Shown here one piece after another: positions 27,251-36,354 of a stretch of DNA of 53,645 nucleotides. The stretch comes from a virus (taxonomy: Duplodnaviria; Caudoviricetes), in IMG/VR virus record IMGVR_UViG_3300048033_000859, positions 1-53,645 of that record. One strand, 5' to 3'. The first letter of the stretch is position 1; each line of letters begins with the position of its first letter. Below the pieces are notes generated by a model. The model was not told where the DNA came from. It saw only the letters and a list, made by a program, of their open reading frames with translations, and ran no database searches. Both the position numbers and the translations under genes were made by a program.

Positions 27251-28920
27251 TATCTTCTCCCTGCCACGCTGAACTCAAACACCATGCCCTGAATAGAATG
27301 AGGGGCGTTGATGCCTAGAGTAACGTATGTGATTTTTGTTGCGTAACCGCTGCCCTGAATGTCAGTAGTCATAATAGGCTTTTCACTGCCCCCATAGATA
27401 ACTGCAGCGTTACCGTAGGTAATATTTCGTCCGTTATAGACAACAGGAGCACCCTTGGATTCTTCTGCGTAGGACCCAGGCTTTGCTGTATCGGTATCGT
27501 CCCAATCATAAGAGACTGAGATGTTAATTCCGATAGGTCCCTCTGCACGAATAAATGTGTTTAACTTTCTAAGGATTTTTCTGACTTCAGTATCACCGAA
27601 ATCGAAGTAAGGGGTGCTATAGACCCCTAGAATACCCTCTCCGTTGAAGGAGTTTCCCTGCTCTTGGCGATAGACGCCACCGTTATAATCGCCGTGCAAA
27701 ACGAACTCAGTGCGCCCAATATAACCTGACGCTGCACAGGATGCCCGTATACCTAGTAGTTCACCAAATTCCCATCCTAGGGTCTGGTCAGAGGTTCTAA
27801 GCCCTCCTATGATCCCTACGGAGTCCTGTGGCTGTCTTACATCGTCACCAACAAAATATCGAAGCTGAGACTTAGTCCGTATGACGCATCCCGTAAGAAG
27901 GTTGTCTAGGTCAAAATCTGTAGGCAAATCAACGAGAAGAGATTGGATAGACTTGGAAATTGTTTCCAGTTCCACATCTCCTATTCGGGAGGTTCCAGCC
28001 ACAGGACGTATGCCATCTGGGGCAAGAAATACCAAGTCACCACCGATTTCTAGGACGCTATCCTGCGCGATACACCCCACATTGGTAGTAACATTTTCAA
28101 CAGTGAATTCTTGGCTCGACCCAATGTTAAGTAGCAGAATTTTCTTAATGGCGTTTCTGCCAAATACAAACAGGTTTTCACGAAATGGTTTAAACTGTAC
28201 CGCGTCGAAGCCTACGCTTATCTGTCCTGCGTCACCGCCACCTGAGAAATTCCAGTTATAAACATCCTTAGAGTTACTGTGACACATAGTACCTAAGTTT
28301 GCCTCATCCCCTCCAAGAAACACAAAGTTTTGAAATACGTCTACGAGTGAAGGTTGTGGAAGAAGTTGGTCACCCCCAGCGTCTGCCTTTGTACCAGCTA
28401 CGCTAGTTGATGCAGTGGAGGCGGTTAGTTCTGTCCAATCTACTCCATCAAACACAATTGGCTTATTAACGCCATCCACAAAGATGATAGTGTTACCTTC
28501 ACCAAAGTTGAACGATGCATGCCTAATGCGCTCTACACTGCGTAGATTGTCAGTCATGTCACGGGTGTACCCCGTGCTTATTTGCTGCCAGCCTAGGGGG
28601 CCTGTGTTCTTATAGAACGAGTAGGTATCTGCACCCTGATCTTTTCTAGCGCAGATGGGGTAGGTAGTACCAAATTGATCATCCTTAAAGATAGCGATAC
28701 AGAGAATTTTACCCTCTGCTCCATCAGGATTGACTATTTCGTTATCTGTATCATACGGAGCAAACCCATTAATCCTACGATAGCCCCCATATAATGAAGT
28801 CTCGTAGTTAACTAATCGAGTTGCACTCCCTGGAGCGTTTTCAGCTAAATCAAGGTGGTTCTCGTTAGAATTAAGTCCACCAGCCGCAATGACTTTATAT
28901 GACTGAATTCTGTCTGCCAT
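27250..28920 (-). CDS. Tail tubular protein B (nozzle)-like
   Basis: 556 aa, beta-rich, GGLN N-terminus, VGC...S...IGGDLVFLAPDGIR; follows the adaptor gene. Confidence 0.7.
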   Translation of the reverse strand: MADRIQSYKVIAAGGLNSNENHLDLAENAPGSATRLVNYETSLYGGYRRINGFAPYDTDNEIVNPDGAEGKILCIAIFKDDQFGTTYPICARKDQGADTYSFYKNTGPLGWQQISTGYTRDMTDNLRSVERIRHASFNFGEGNTIIFVDGVNKPIVFDGVDWTELTASTASTSVAGTKADAGGDQLLPQPSLVDVFQNFVFLGGDEANLGTMCHSNSKDVYNWNFSGGGDAGQISVGFDAVQFKPFRENLFVFGRNAIKKILLLNIGSSQEFTVENVTTNVGCIAQDSVLEIGGDLVFLAPDGIRPVAGTSRIGDVELETISKSIQSLLVDLPTDFDLDNLLTGCVIRTKSQLRYFVGDDVRQPQDSVGIIGGLRTSDQTLGWEFGELLGIRASCAASGYIGRTEFVLHGDYNGGVYRQEQGNSFNGEGILGVYSTPYFDFGDTEVRKILRKLNTFIRAEGPIGINISVSYDWDDTDTAKPGSYAEESKGAPVVYNGRNITYGNAAVIYGGSEKPIMTTDIQGSGYATKITYVTLGINAPHSIQGMVFEFSVAGRR

Positions 28921-29618
28921 TAGAAGGCAACTCTGCGGTCTGTGACGTATTCGTAGTTATTTATGTATAGTGTCTGCAGGTTTTTAAGCCCCTGTTCAAA
29001 AACGAGTTTTGCAACTTGAGCAGCTTCGACGTTGTCCTTAAACATATAAAGATGCATCAAGGCACCATCGACAACAACACTGGAGAACGACTGTGGGACC
29101 CTAGTCTCATCGTCAAATAATTGAAGGTCTGCGTAGTTAAGGTAAAAGTTGAAGCGTATGGTGTATGCTTTGTCGGGAGAGGGAGAGACAATATACCCGT
29201 TACCATGCGAAGGTGCTATGTAACGTGGGCGCTCAATCCCATCATAATGTGAGTTGTTATCCCTATCTCTGTAGAGATTTATATAGGTATCGCGGTCAAT
29301 ATATTTTAACTTGTAGAACTGACCTGAAGTTAGGTCCTCTTGGTAACTGTCGATAACCTGAAAGGAGTTGTAATCAACAACCTTAAAGAATTCAGGCCAA
29401 TTGTATTCTGTACGACCAATTACCAGAGTTTCTGTGTGCTGTGCTGCGTTGAAGGGCCAACCGAATTCGCTCTGATTGATAGATGCAACGGCAGACCGTA
29501 TAGAGTCCTTCACAAGTGCTTGGACGCCACGGGCGGTAGCGAATTCTGAAGGGGGTATTTCTACCTCGTTCAACCTACGCAGTACTTGGTTACAAAGATC
29601 AATGTAGGTATCAGGCAT
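28920..29618 (-). CDS. Tail tubular protein A / head-tail adaptor-like
   Basis: Y.DL.N.VL.RLNE...WPF...P.PD..Y motifs; directly downstream of the capsid gene. Confidence 0.72.
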   Translation of the reverse strand: MPDTYIDLCNQVLRRLNEVEIPPSEFATARGVQALVKDSIRSAVASINQSEFGWPFNAAQHTETLVIGRTEYNWPEFFKVVDYNSFQVIDSYQEDLTSGQFYKLKYIDRDTYINLYRDRDNNSHYDGIERPRYIAPSHGNGYIVSPSPDKAYTIRFNFYLNYADLQLFDDETRVPQSFSSVVVDGALMHLYMFKDNVEAAQVAKLVFEQGLKNLQTLYINNYEYVTDRRVAF

Positions 29619-29640
29619 TCAGTTAACTCCAACAAGATAT

Positions 29641-29664
29641 GGGGGCCAGTTAAGACCAGCCCCC
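29641..29664 (-). terminator. GC hairpin after the capsid gene (terminator or mRNA stabiliser)
   Basis: GGGGCTGGT-CTTA-ACTGGCCCC on the minus strand; no clear U tract. Confidence 0.5.
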
Positions 29665-29673
29665 AAAGTAGTG

Positions 29674-30723
29674 TTACGCTAAGTTATAATTTGCTGTGAA
29701 CAGCGCCTCTGGGCGAAGAATCTTGCGACCAAAGAGGTTGAGGCCGCGAACAACGTCAGCGAATGTCTCAGGAGAACGGAAGCTCTCTGTTTTTGAGATT
29801 TGCTGGGCTGTTGCAACTGCACCCATATGACCCGCACAGACAACTCCAAAATTAGTCGTTGAGCCGCTTGCCGCTGCAGTTCCAGCACCAGTGCCTTTGT
29901 AAGGCAAGTTGTTGGATTTATACAGTTTAAAGCCACGGATCAGGCCAGATACCACACGACCATTACGGAGCATGTCACCTGCGTCTTGACCACCAGCGAA
30001 GTCATTATTGATGAGCTTGCTGTTTTCGTCTTGAAGAAGCTCGTAAAACACGGGGTCAGCGATCAAATAACGATCTTCTGTAGGCACGTTTGCTTGGTCC
30101 ATCTTACGGGCAATACGGTTAAGTACTGCGAGTGGAGATGTAACTGCGCCAGAGCCACCATTTGCAGCAAGTGGGATAGAGTTACCCGCTGTGCCGCCGA
30201 ACTCACCCGCTTTAATTTTATTGTTAGCCAGTAGTTCATCATTACCCGCCGCTGCGTCTGCTTTATCGCCTGCAGATGCTGTACGAGCGGCCCATGCGGA
30301 ACCATTCCAATCGTAGCCCATCATGTAACCCAATACGTTTTTATCAAACGCATCTTTCAGGTTATAAGCGGCGTTGTCGGACGCTAAAGATAAGAAATTA
30401 TGGTGGGATTGCTGAGTTTCAATGTCATCGACCTGGAACTGAAACGCATTGGCTTGGTCTATAACCAAGGAAAAGTCTGCATCGGTCAATTCCTGAGAAC
30501 TCATCTCAGTGCCGCGTTTGTAGTCCACGATATCAACACTAGGTTCTTTAAGAATGCGAACTGAATCGCCCATGTTGCTGATTTCACCAAAATAATCGGT
30601 GTTCGTGCATGCTTCTACAATAGACTCCTTCCTTAGAGCTAATTGTACTTTTTTGCTGTAAATTACTGGGCTGAAGGCACCTGCCGACAGTTGGTTGTAC
30701 CCATTTGCGCGTGGAAATGCCAT
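29674..30723 (-). CDS. Major capsid protein
   Basis: 349 aa; F.P..YS..., TNTDY.GEI...GD.V.I, F.D.VRG...FG.K.LRP motifs; strong RBS AAGGAG. Confidence 0.9.
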   Translation of the reverse strand: MAFPRANGYNQLSAGAFSPVIYSKKVQLALRKESIVEACTNTDYFGEISNMGDSVRILKEPSVDIVDYKRGTEMSSQELTDADFSLVIDQANAFQFQVDDIETQQSHHNFLSLASDNAAYNLKDAFDKNVLGYMMGYDWNGSAWAARTASAGDKADAAAGNDELLANNKIKAGEFGGTAGNSIPLAANGGSGAVTSPLAVLNRIARKMDQANVPTEDRYLIADPVFYELLQDENSKLINNDFAGGQDAGDMLRNGRVVSGLIRGFKLYKSNNLPYKGTGAGTAAASGSTTNFGVVCAGHMGAVATAQQISKTESFRSPETFADVVRGLNLFGRKILRPEALFTANYNLA

Positions 30724-30729
30724 GATTAA

Positions 30730-30980
30730 ATCTCCTTCGATGGCAATTAGAGGAACCCCTAAATAGGGGCGCTAAAAACCAGAAGTGGATTCAAAGGGCA
30801 GAGAACGAGTAGGGTGCGGGTACGTCTAGTGTGTGAAAGCTAAATACACGCTCTAGAGTAATCGGGCCTAGCGCCTCTGGTAGACTTCTTGCCATATCTT
30901 CTGAATATAAATGAGAAATAGAGGGTGGGCTAATGCGGCCTCAGTTTCCAATCCCCCAACTGGGGGAGAAACCCTTTATA
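30730..30980 (-). promoter_or_regulatory. Long structured 5' leader of the capsid mRNA
   Basis: About 255 non-coding nt between promoter and start codon, with nested stems and two AGGCC...CACCCT modules. Confidence 0.5.
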
Positions 30981-30986
30981 ACTGGT

Positions 30987-31016
30987 ATTATACCATCCTT
31001 TAAAGGGTCCCTGCAA
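30987..31016 (-). promoter_or_regulatory. Capsid promoter with GGACCCT spacer motif
   Basis: TTGCAG-N18-TATAAT with extended -10 (TGG). Confidence 0.7.
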
Positions 31017-31022
31017 GACATA

Positions 31023-31802
31023 TTATCTAGCTGCACCTGAGAGGTCATAATCGAACTGCCCCTTGCGCATAGACTCCATAATAGCTGTCTCGTTCTTTTC
31101 GTACTCTGATTCAGACATCTTAGATACTTGGCTCTCTGAGAACCGCGCTGATCCCCCTGTAGGGGCAGATGCTGAAGTACGCCCTACGGATTGGGCTGCG
31201 CCAGTACTGGCTTTTCCAGACCGCCGCTTCATTCCCGTATCGCCTTTGTATAAATCAATGGCACGGGCCGCTGCACGGGCATCCGTAGAATTCTTGTATA
31301 GAGCGTCTTGTACCCACGATGGTTGTACTGCAACCCAATCATGGAAGCTTTTAGAAGCCCTAATGTTATCAAAATCGGGATGGATGGAGCGTAACTCTTG
31401 CTCTGCCTTTTCCCGTTTAATGTTTACTTCCATTTGCTCAAGATTGTGAATTCGCTTTTCGCCAATCTCTAGGGCTTCGTTTGCACGTTTTTGAGCAATG
31501 GTGTCGATAATTTTAGCAACCTCTGGATACCGCTCACTCCAAGCATCAACTTCCTCGTCTGACTTGGGAAACTTGATTTGTGAACGAGTAGCATCACTTA
31601 GCTGCTCTTTGAGTGCATCAATCTCTTGATCTTTATTAGATTGCACACTTTGTAGGTGTCTACGCAGGTCCCCATACCGCTTTTTAAAGGAGGATTCTTC
31701 TGGGTCCTGCGTAGGAAGTTGCTGTTCTTGAACAGGCGTGGGTTCATAACCTGCTAGTTCTTTTTCTAAGTCTTCGGTGTGTGTACCACGATACTTTGCC
31801 AT
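31023..31802 (-). CDS. Capsid scaffolding protein
   Basis: Coiled coil, FKKRYGDLRRH and HPDF motifs; immediately upstream of the capsid gene. Confidence 0.75.
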   Translation of the reverse strand: MAKYRGTHTEDLEKELAGYEPTPVQEQQLPTQDPEESSFKKRYGDLRRHLQSVQSNKDQEIDALKEQLSDATRSQIKFPKSDEEVDAWSERYPEVAKIIDTIAQKRANEALEIGEKRIHNLEQMEVNIKREKAEQELRSIHPDFDNIRASKSFHDWVAVQPSWVQDALYKNSTDARAAARAIDLYKGDTGMKRRSGKASTGAAQSVGRTSASAPTGGSARFSESQVSKMSESEYEKNETAIMESMRKGQFDYDLSGAAR

Positions 31803-31855
31803 ATAATTTATGTCTCAAATAATTGGGGGCCGTTCAGGGTAGCCCAAGACGCCGA

Positions 31856-33337
31856 TCACATTCCGTAAGGTTTGGATGGCGTATTGAAAACAAGCAAAAC
31901 CTGCTCATCCCCGACAGTGAATGATTGACCTACCTCTTCACTCGGATATGCTTTTATTCCCTCGGAGTCCTCTTTCATGGGGTACTCCTCTTCTACAACG
32001 GTTACTTCGGCAGTTTCATAACCTTCGCCCAAGTCTCCATCATCTGAGTATTCGTCTTCGCTGTGGTGTCCACCCATTCCATTGCAAGCTTCGCATTCGC
32101 CTTCATAGCCGCCGCAAATTGGGCAGGTAGATTCTCCATAATTTCCATCTTCTTCTAATCCTTTTATTTGTCCTATAGATGCCATTGCCATAAGGCCCAT
32201 CTTGGCTTCTTGTTGCATTTCAACGTAAGTTTTTAATCCATGCCAACGAACAACATCGGCTGGGGCGACATACTCTCCCTCGGACAGAGCGGCAGGGATG
32301 TCATCACGAACATTTTCTGCAGTTGATCCTAGGGGAATGGGGTTTCCAGAAACGGGATCAAACCCAGTGACTACATCGGGTGCCATAATACCCATTGCAA
32401 GGCCACCATGGTTCATACTGATGGCTTCTGGTAATTTTTGTGATTTTGCTAGCTGTATATCCTGTTGGGCAGGGGTCTTAGGGTTTTGCGCTGGAATAGC
32501 ATCTTCCATGGCGGGGAGCTTATTAGTCTGTACCCTACGGCGATCTGATAGCTCTTTTGGTGTCTGAATAATTTCGTCGGTTTGCTTTAGGGCAGCTTCA
32601 GATACAGGTTTGCGGGTTTGCTTGTCCTTAATGCCCAGAGTATCATCAACGGCAACGTCTTTACGTTTGTCTTCTACAGACCTAGAGACCTCTTCTACAG
32701 ATTGGTCCTGCTCAGAAATCGCTTCGTTTTTTTCGTCCTCTACGCGATCAGAGTAGCCCTGAATTGACCGCAGAAACTCTTTGCGTCTACCTTTGCGGCC
32801 TCGCTCATCGGGCTGGCCCCCTCTACGGAAGTTTTGTACTACCATGGTTTCCTCGTCTGGATAAGTTACTGAAATGTTATGCGAAAAACTTGTATCTATG
32901 ACAGGCTCCTGATCCTCATACCCGCGTGTGAAGGTATGTCTCCCAATTACCAAAGGGTCTGGACCTGAAAAGTCGGTTCCACGGGATTCAGTCGTGGCTA
33001 CGTTTTGAAAAAAAGTACGCCCACCGACAGCATCATTGCCTATTTGATAGTAGTCAGCAAATTCGTTATGGCCCTGTTGAAGCTCCTCATCGGTGATAGG
33101 AATGGAGAGTGCGTCCCCATATGTTCTAACGGGCTCAAACTCCCGCCCTAGGACGCCATCTACATCATTTGGAAATCTAGAGGAGCCAAGTCGGTTAAAG
33201 ATAACACCTCTAACAGCATCCCGACCCTCTACACCTTCTCCACGCGCTTCTGCCCACACCACCCGTTCTATCTTTTCAACGTCATCGGCTGAAATTTCTA
33301 CTGTTGGGCGCTCTCTGGGGCGAATTGACGAATCCAT
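31856..33337 (-). CDS. Virion protein with N-terminal SleB-like cell-wall hydrolase domain
   Basis: AEARGE...G..AV..VI.NR....FP...IGRH.F; C-terminal DDIPA.LSEGEYV.PADVV block and a CxxC...CxxCxGxG cluster. Confidence 0.78.
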   Translation of the reverse strand: MDSSIRPRERPTVEISADDVEKIERVVWAEARGEGVEGRDAVRGVIFNRLGSSRFPNDVDGVLGREFEPVRTYGDALSIPITDEELQQGHNEFADYYQIGNDAVGGRTFFQNVATTESRGTDFSGPDPLVIGRHTFTRGYEDQEPVIDTSFSHNISVTYPDEETMVVQNFRRGGQPDERGRKGRRKEFLRSIQGYSDRVEDEKNEAISEQDQSVEEVSRSVEDKRKDVAVDDTLGIKDKQTRKPVSEAALKQTDEIIQTPKELSDRRRVQTNKLPAMEDAIPAQNPKTPAQQDIQLAKSQKLPEAISMNHGGLAMGIMAPDVVTGFDPVSGNPIPLGSTAENVRDDIPAALSEGEYVAPADVVRWHGLKTYVEMQQEAKMGLMAMASIGQIKGLEEDGNYGESTCPICGGYEGECEACNGMGGHHSEDEYSDDGDLGEGYETAEVTVVEEEYPMKEDSEGIKAYPSEEVGQSFTVGDEQVLLVFNTPSKPYGM

Positions 33338-34024
33338 TTAGGACTTTCTCCAAGTGTGTAGGGGAGGTAAACCTATCTCCCAATCGCTAGCATTCTTCAG
33401 GACGCACATAAGGTCTGTTGCGATAGAGTACCGTGACTCTGTGCTTTGACTTTTCCCTGTGCGGTGTGCTGTTTTGGACGGGAATATAATTAGTAAATCG
33501 TCCTCTACCCTCAAAGGTAGTTCAGCGGTACTGTGGTGCATGCCAGCCTTAACCGCACCCTTTTCATAGTATTCTGGTCTAAACAGACCCTTTATGATCT
33601 CGTTCTGGTGATCATCTGTAGCAATGTAAAAGTCACCTGATCCTTCTGGAACCCTAGGGTAATACACTGCGCTAATATGGGACTGATCATGCCTGTGATG
33701 AGCAATCATTCGGTCTTGAATTTGTTTAGTGGCCCAAGATCGTGTGTAGTAATAATCGAAGGCTTCGGTAGCAATATTAAGTCCTGTGACGTACTCTTTG
33801 ATTTGCTCACCAATGAGACCAAACAAACGTAAATAAGCAGGATTATTGTGAAGCTCATGGAAGCCGTGTACGTCCCCTGTCCAAGTGCTTTCAGAATTAC
33901 TCTCATCGTTTTGGTTCTGAGAAGCGTCAATATGCTCTATAATCCTCTGACGCTCTACGTCCGATAGGCCTAACTTCACCGCGTAAACAGACACGGGTAG
34001 ATAGTGAAAAAACTTACCTGTCAT
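33338..34024 (-). CDS. Putative 2OG-Fe(II) oxygenase (TIGR02466-like)
   Basis: SW...H.H..S.ISAVYY...G.F...LIIFPS...H...R.SIA signature. Confidence 0.85.
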   Translation of the reverse strand: MTGKFFHYLPVSVYAVKLGLSDVERQRIIEHIDASQNQNDESNSESTWTGDVHGFHELHNNPAYLRLFGLIGEQIKEYVTGLNIATEAFDYYYTRSWATKQIQDRMIAHHRHDQSHISAVYYPRVPEGSGDFYIATDDHQNEIIKGLFRPEYYEKGAVKAGMHHSTAELPLRVEDDLLIIFPSKTAHRTGKSQSTESRYSIATDLMCVLKNASDWEIGLPPLHTWRKS

Positions 34025-34236
34025 TCTGCAGCCGCCCGTACTTCATCCTGTACAAACTTCAATCTACGCAACTCAGCGATAGCTCCCTGTAACTCGCTAA
34101 CACGTTCTATCGTTTTGGCAGACTCTAGTGAGAGTCTATGATTTTCAATCTTGCTATCAATTAGGGCCTGTAGCCTATCTAGCATTTCTTTGTCGTTAAC
34201 GAGCAGGAGTAGATAACGTGCTAACTCTCGTTTCAT
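34021..34236 (-). CDS. Small helical protein downstream of portal
   Basis: 71 aa with LQGAI.ELRRL motif; ATGA overlap with the next gene. Confidence 0.7.
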   Translation of the reverse strand: MKRELARYLLLLVNDKEMLDRLQALIDSKIENHRLSLESAKTIERVSELQGAIAELRRLKFVQDEVRAAAE

Positions 34237-34239
34237 ATA

Positions 34240-36351
34240 TTATCCTTGGGGTGGTTGTTGGGGAGGTGCCTGTTGTGGCTGTGGTTGCCCCCCATTATCT
34301 CCCCCACCCGTTCCAGTGAAACCTTGTTCATCTGGTACTGGCGCTGTTCCCCCTTGTGGTGGCCCCATAGGACCTTGCCCTTCTGGCTGTTGCTGTTGGG
34401 CAGCTTCAGGCTCGACACCCATAGCTTTCTGCAATTCAGCAATCATTTTAGCCTGTAATTGTGCTTCCCGTGCGTCATTCAAAATTAGGTCTTCGTCTAA
34501 ATCCATGGACGCTGCTAACTCCCGTAGGATGTAATCATAGCGCACAAACGGTGCCATCATCTGGTTAGACGATAGTTGCATGAACTGCAGGAGCCGCTGG
34601 GAGCGCACTTCGTTGCGCATAAGGCTCTCTGTACCCTTCGATACAACCTCTAGGTCACCTAATAGGTCCTGCGAAAAGTTGAATTGCATGTTAAAAGCGA
34701 ACATGGATTTGCCAAGAGGACCTAAGAGATAGTCATCGATGTTTTTAACAACAGCTTTGATGTTTTGAGCGGCAGCACCCATCAACATCGACATTCCAGA
34801 AGCGGTACGCCCCGTACTCATAATCCCAGTTGACCCGTGAGCGTAAGAGGGCATCCCTGTAGATTCATCTGCAAGTTGACGCGCCTTGTCGAACATCATC
34901 ATAAGCTCGTTAGATACGTTGGGGAACTTGGTTCCAAACACGGCCTGTCCTGGGGACCCGCTCTGTCTCCGAAACACACGGCCTGGGTAAATATCCATTG
35001 ATTGGCCTGGAACCAAATTGGTTTCATCGATCTCAATAAGGAGGTTTCCACTCAACGCAGAGTTGTCCACAGCCATCCGCATAAAACCGTTCATTAACAA
35101 CTGTGTATCAGCCATATTCTCTGCAATACCTACGCCAAAGAAGCTGTAAGGATTGGCTTCATATGGGGCAGCGTGATATGGAATACGGGCAGGTACGAAG
35201 GGGTTTACTACAAGTCGAAGGGTCTGTCCGTTGCAAACCCAAGAATTGACCTGAACCTGATCTTGATCTGAGAATTCCTCTGGTAATTCGATACCTGCCT
35301 GTTCAGCAATATCGGCATCCATCATACCCCAGAACTCTAATACCTCGTAGCGTTCAGTTTCACCTGAATTTACAGTACCATCCTCAAGAACAGTTTCCCA
35401 ATGTTCAGGGGTGTAATCTGGACCAAGTGAGACCGCCTCTTCAATGCTTTCTTCACGAAACATGGGGCGTTTTTTAAGTGCGCGTAGTTGGCTTCGACTC
35501 ATACGATGACGATGCACAACATAGTCTGCTTCAGACATGGAACGGGCTTCAGGGTCTGGATAGAAGTCCCAGACGCTGCAGTGTTCTACCTTTGCGATAG
35601 TCTCAAAAATAGGATCGTATTCACCCTCTGGATTCCAGCGAGGATACTCTTTTTCTTGAGCAAAGGGACCCTTACAAACACCCGTTCCAAAGAGGGCCAT
35701 CTCAAAAGCGATAGCTCGGAGGTGTTTGCTAGCTTCGGACTCTTCCAACTGATCGTGGATGAGCTTTTCCATCTTCTTCGCGGAAGCCTTTGCAGGTTCC
35801 CACACAAGCGCCCCTACAGCACCTGAAGCCCCGTCTTGGATATCTTCCTCTACTTCTTTTAAGATGTCAGCATAAGGGCCTGTTTCTATCAACTCAGGAC
35901 GTTTTGCAGTTGAGGTGGACTTCTTTGGTGACTTCTCTTCAGGTTTATCGTCCATACGCATGTGGACTGCGTCCTTGGCACCTGTAGATACTGAGGTTGG
36001 CTGTATGCCAATGGGAAATTTGCCCCCTGCAAAAAGAACGTCTGAAATCTGCGCGTATGCAGCTAAAGTCTTAGTCTTTGTAATCTTAATAAACGCTTTA
36101 GACTTCTCGTTGTCTGTGAAGGCTACATCAGGGCCGTAGAGGCCACGGTAGTTTCGGTAGTTTGAAAGCCACCGCTCTTCATCGTCACTACGCGAGTCTT
36201 TAGCGCGATTGTAACGCTGGGTAACCCAAGCAACAAGGTCCGATAACTCTCGATTCTCTTGCTGTACGTCAGAACCTTCTGCAGCAAACGACATAGGTGT
36301 CTCTGCATCGATATCTAAGTTCAAGTTTTCTGGGGGTGTTAATAGGGCCAT
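34240..36351 (-). CDS. Portal protein
   Basis: 703 aa directly after terL; FGTG..K, WDFYPDP, FFGVG motifs; Gln/Pro-rich tail. Confidence 0.88.
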   Translation of the reverse strand: MALLTPPENLNLDIDAETPMSFAAEGSDVQQENRELSDLVAWVTQRYNRAKDSRSDDEERWLSNYRNYRGLYGPDVAFTDNEKSKAFIKITKTKTLAAYAQISDVLFAGGKFPIGIQPTSVSTGAKDAVHMRMDDKPEEKSPKKSTSTAKRPELIETGPYADILKEVEEDIQDGASGAVGALVWEPAKASAKKMEKLIHDQLEESEASKHLRAIAFEMALFGTGVCKGPFAQEKEYPRWNPEGEYDPIFETIAKVEHCSVWDFYPDPEARSMSEADYVVHRHRMSRSQLRALKKRPMFREESIEEAVSLGPDYTPEHWETVLEDGTVNSGETERYEVLEFWGMMDADIAEQAGIELPEEFSDQDQVQVNSWVCNGQTLRLVVNPFVPARIPYHAAPYEANPYSFFGVGIAENMADTQLLMNGFMRMAVDNSALSGNLLIEIDETNLVPGQSMDIYPGRVFRRQSGSPGQAVFGTKFPNVSNELMMMFDKARQLADESTGMPSYAHGSTGIMSTGRTASGMSMLMGAAAQNIKAVVKNIDDYLLGPLGKSMFAFNMQFNFSQDLLGDLEVVSKGTESLMRNEVRSQRLLQFMQLSSNQMMAPFVRYDYILRELAASMDLDEDLILNDAREAQLQAKMIAELQKAMGVEPEAAQQQQPEGQGPMGPPQGGTAPVPDEQGFTGTGGGDNGGQPQPQQAPPQQPPQG

Positions 36352-36354
36352 GTA

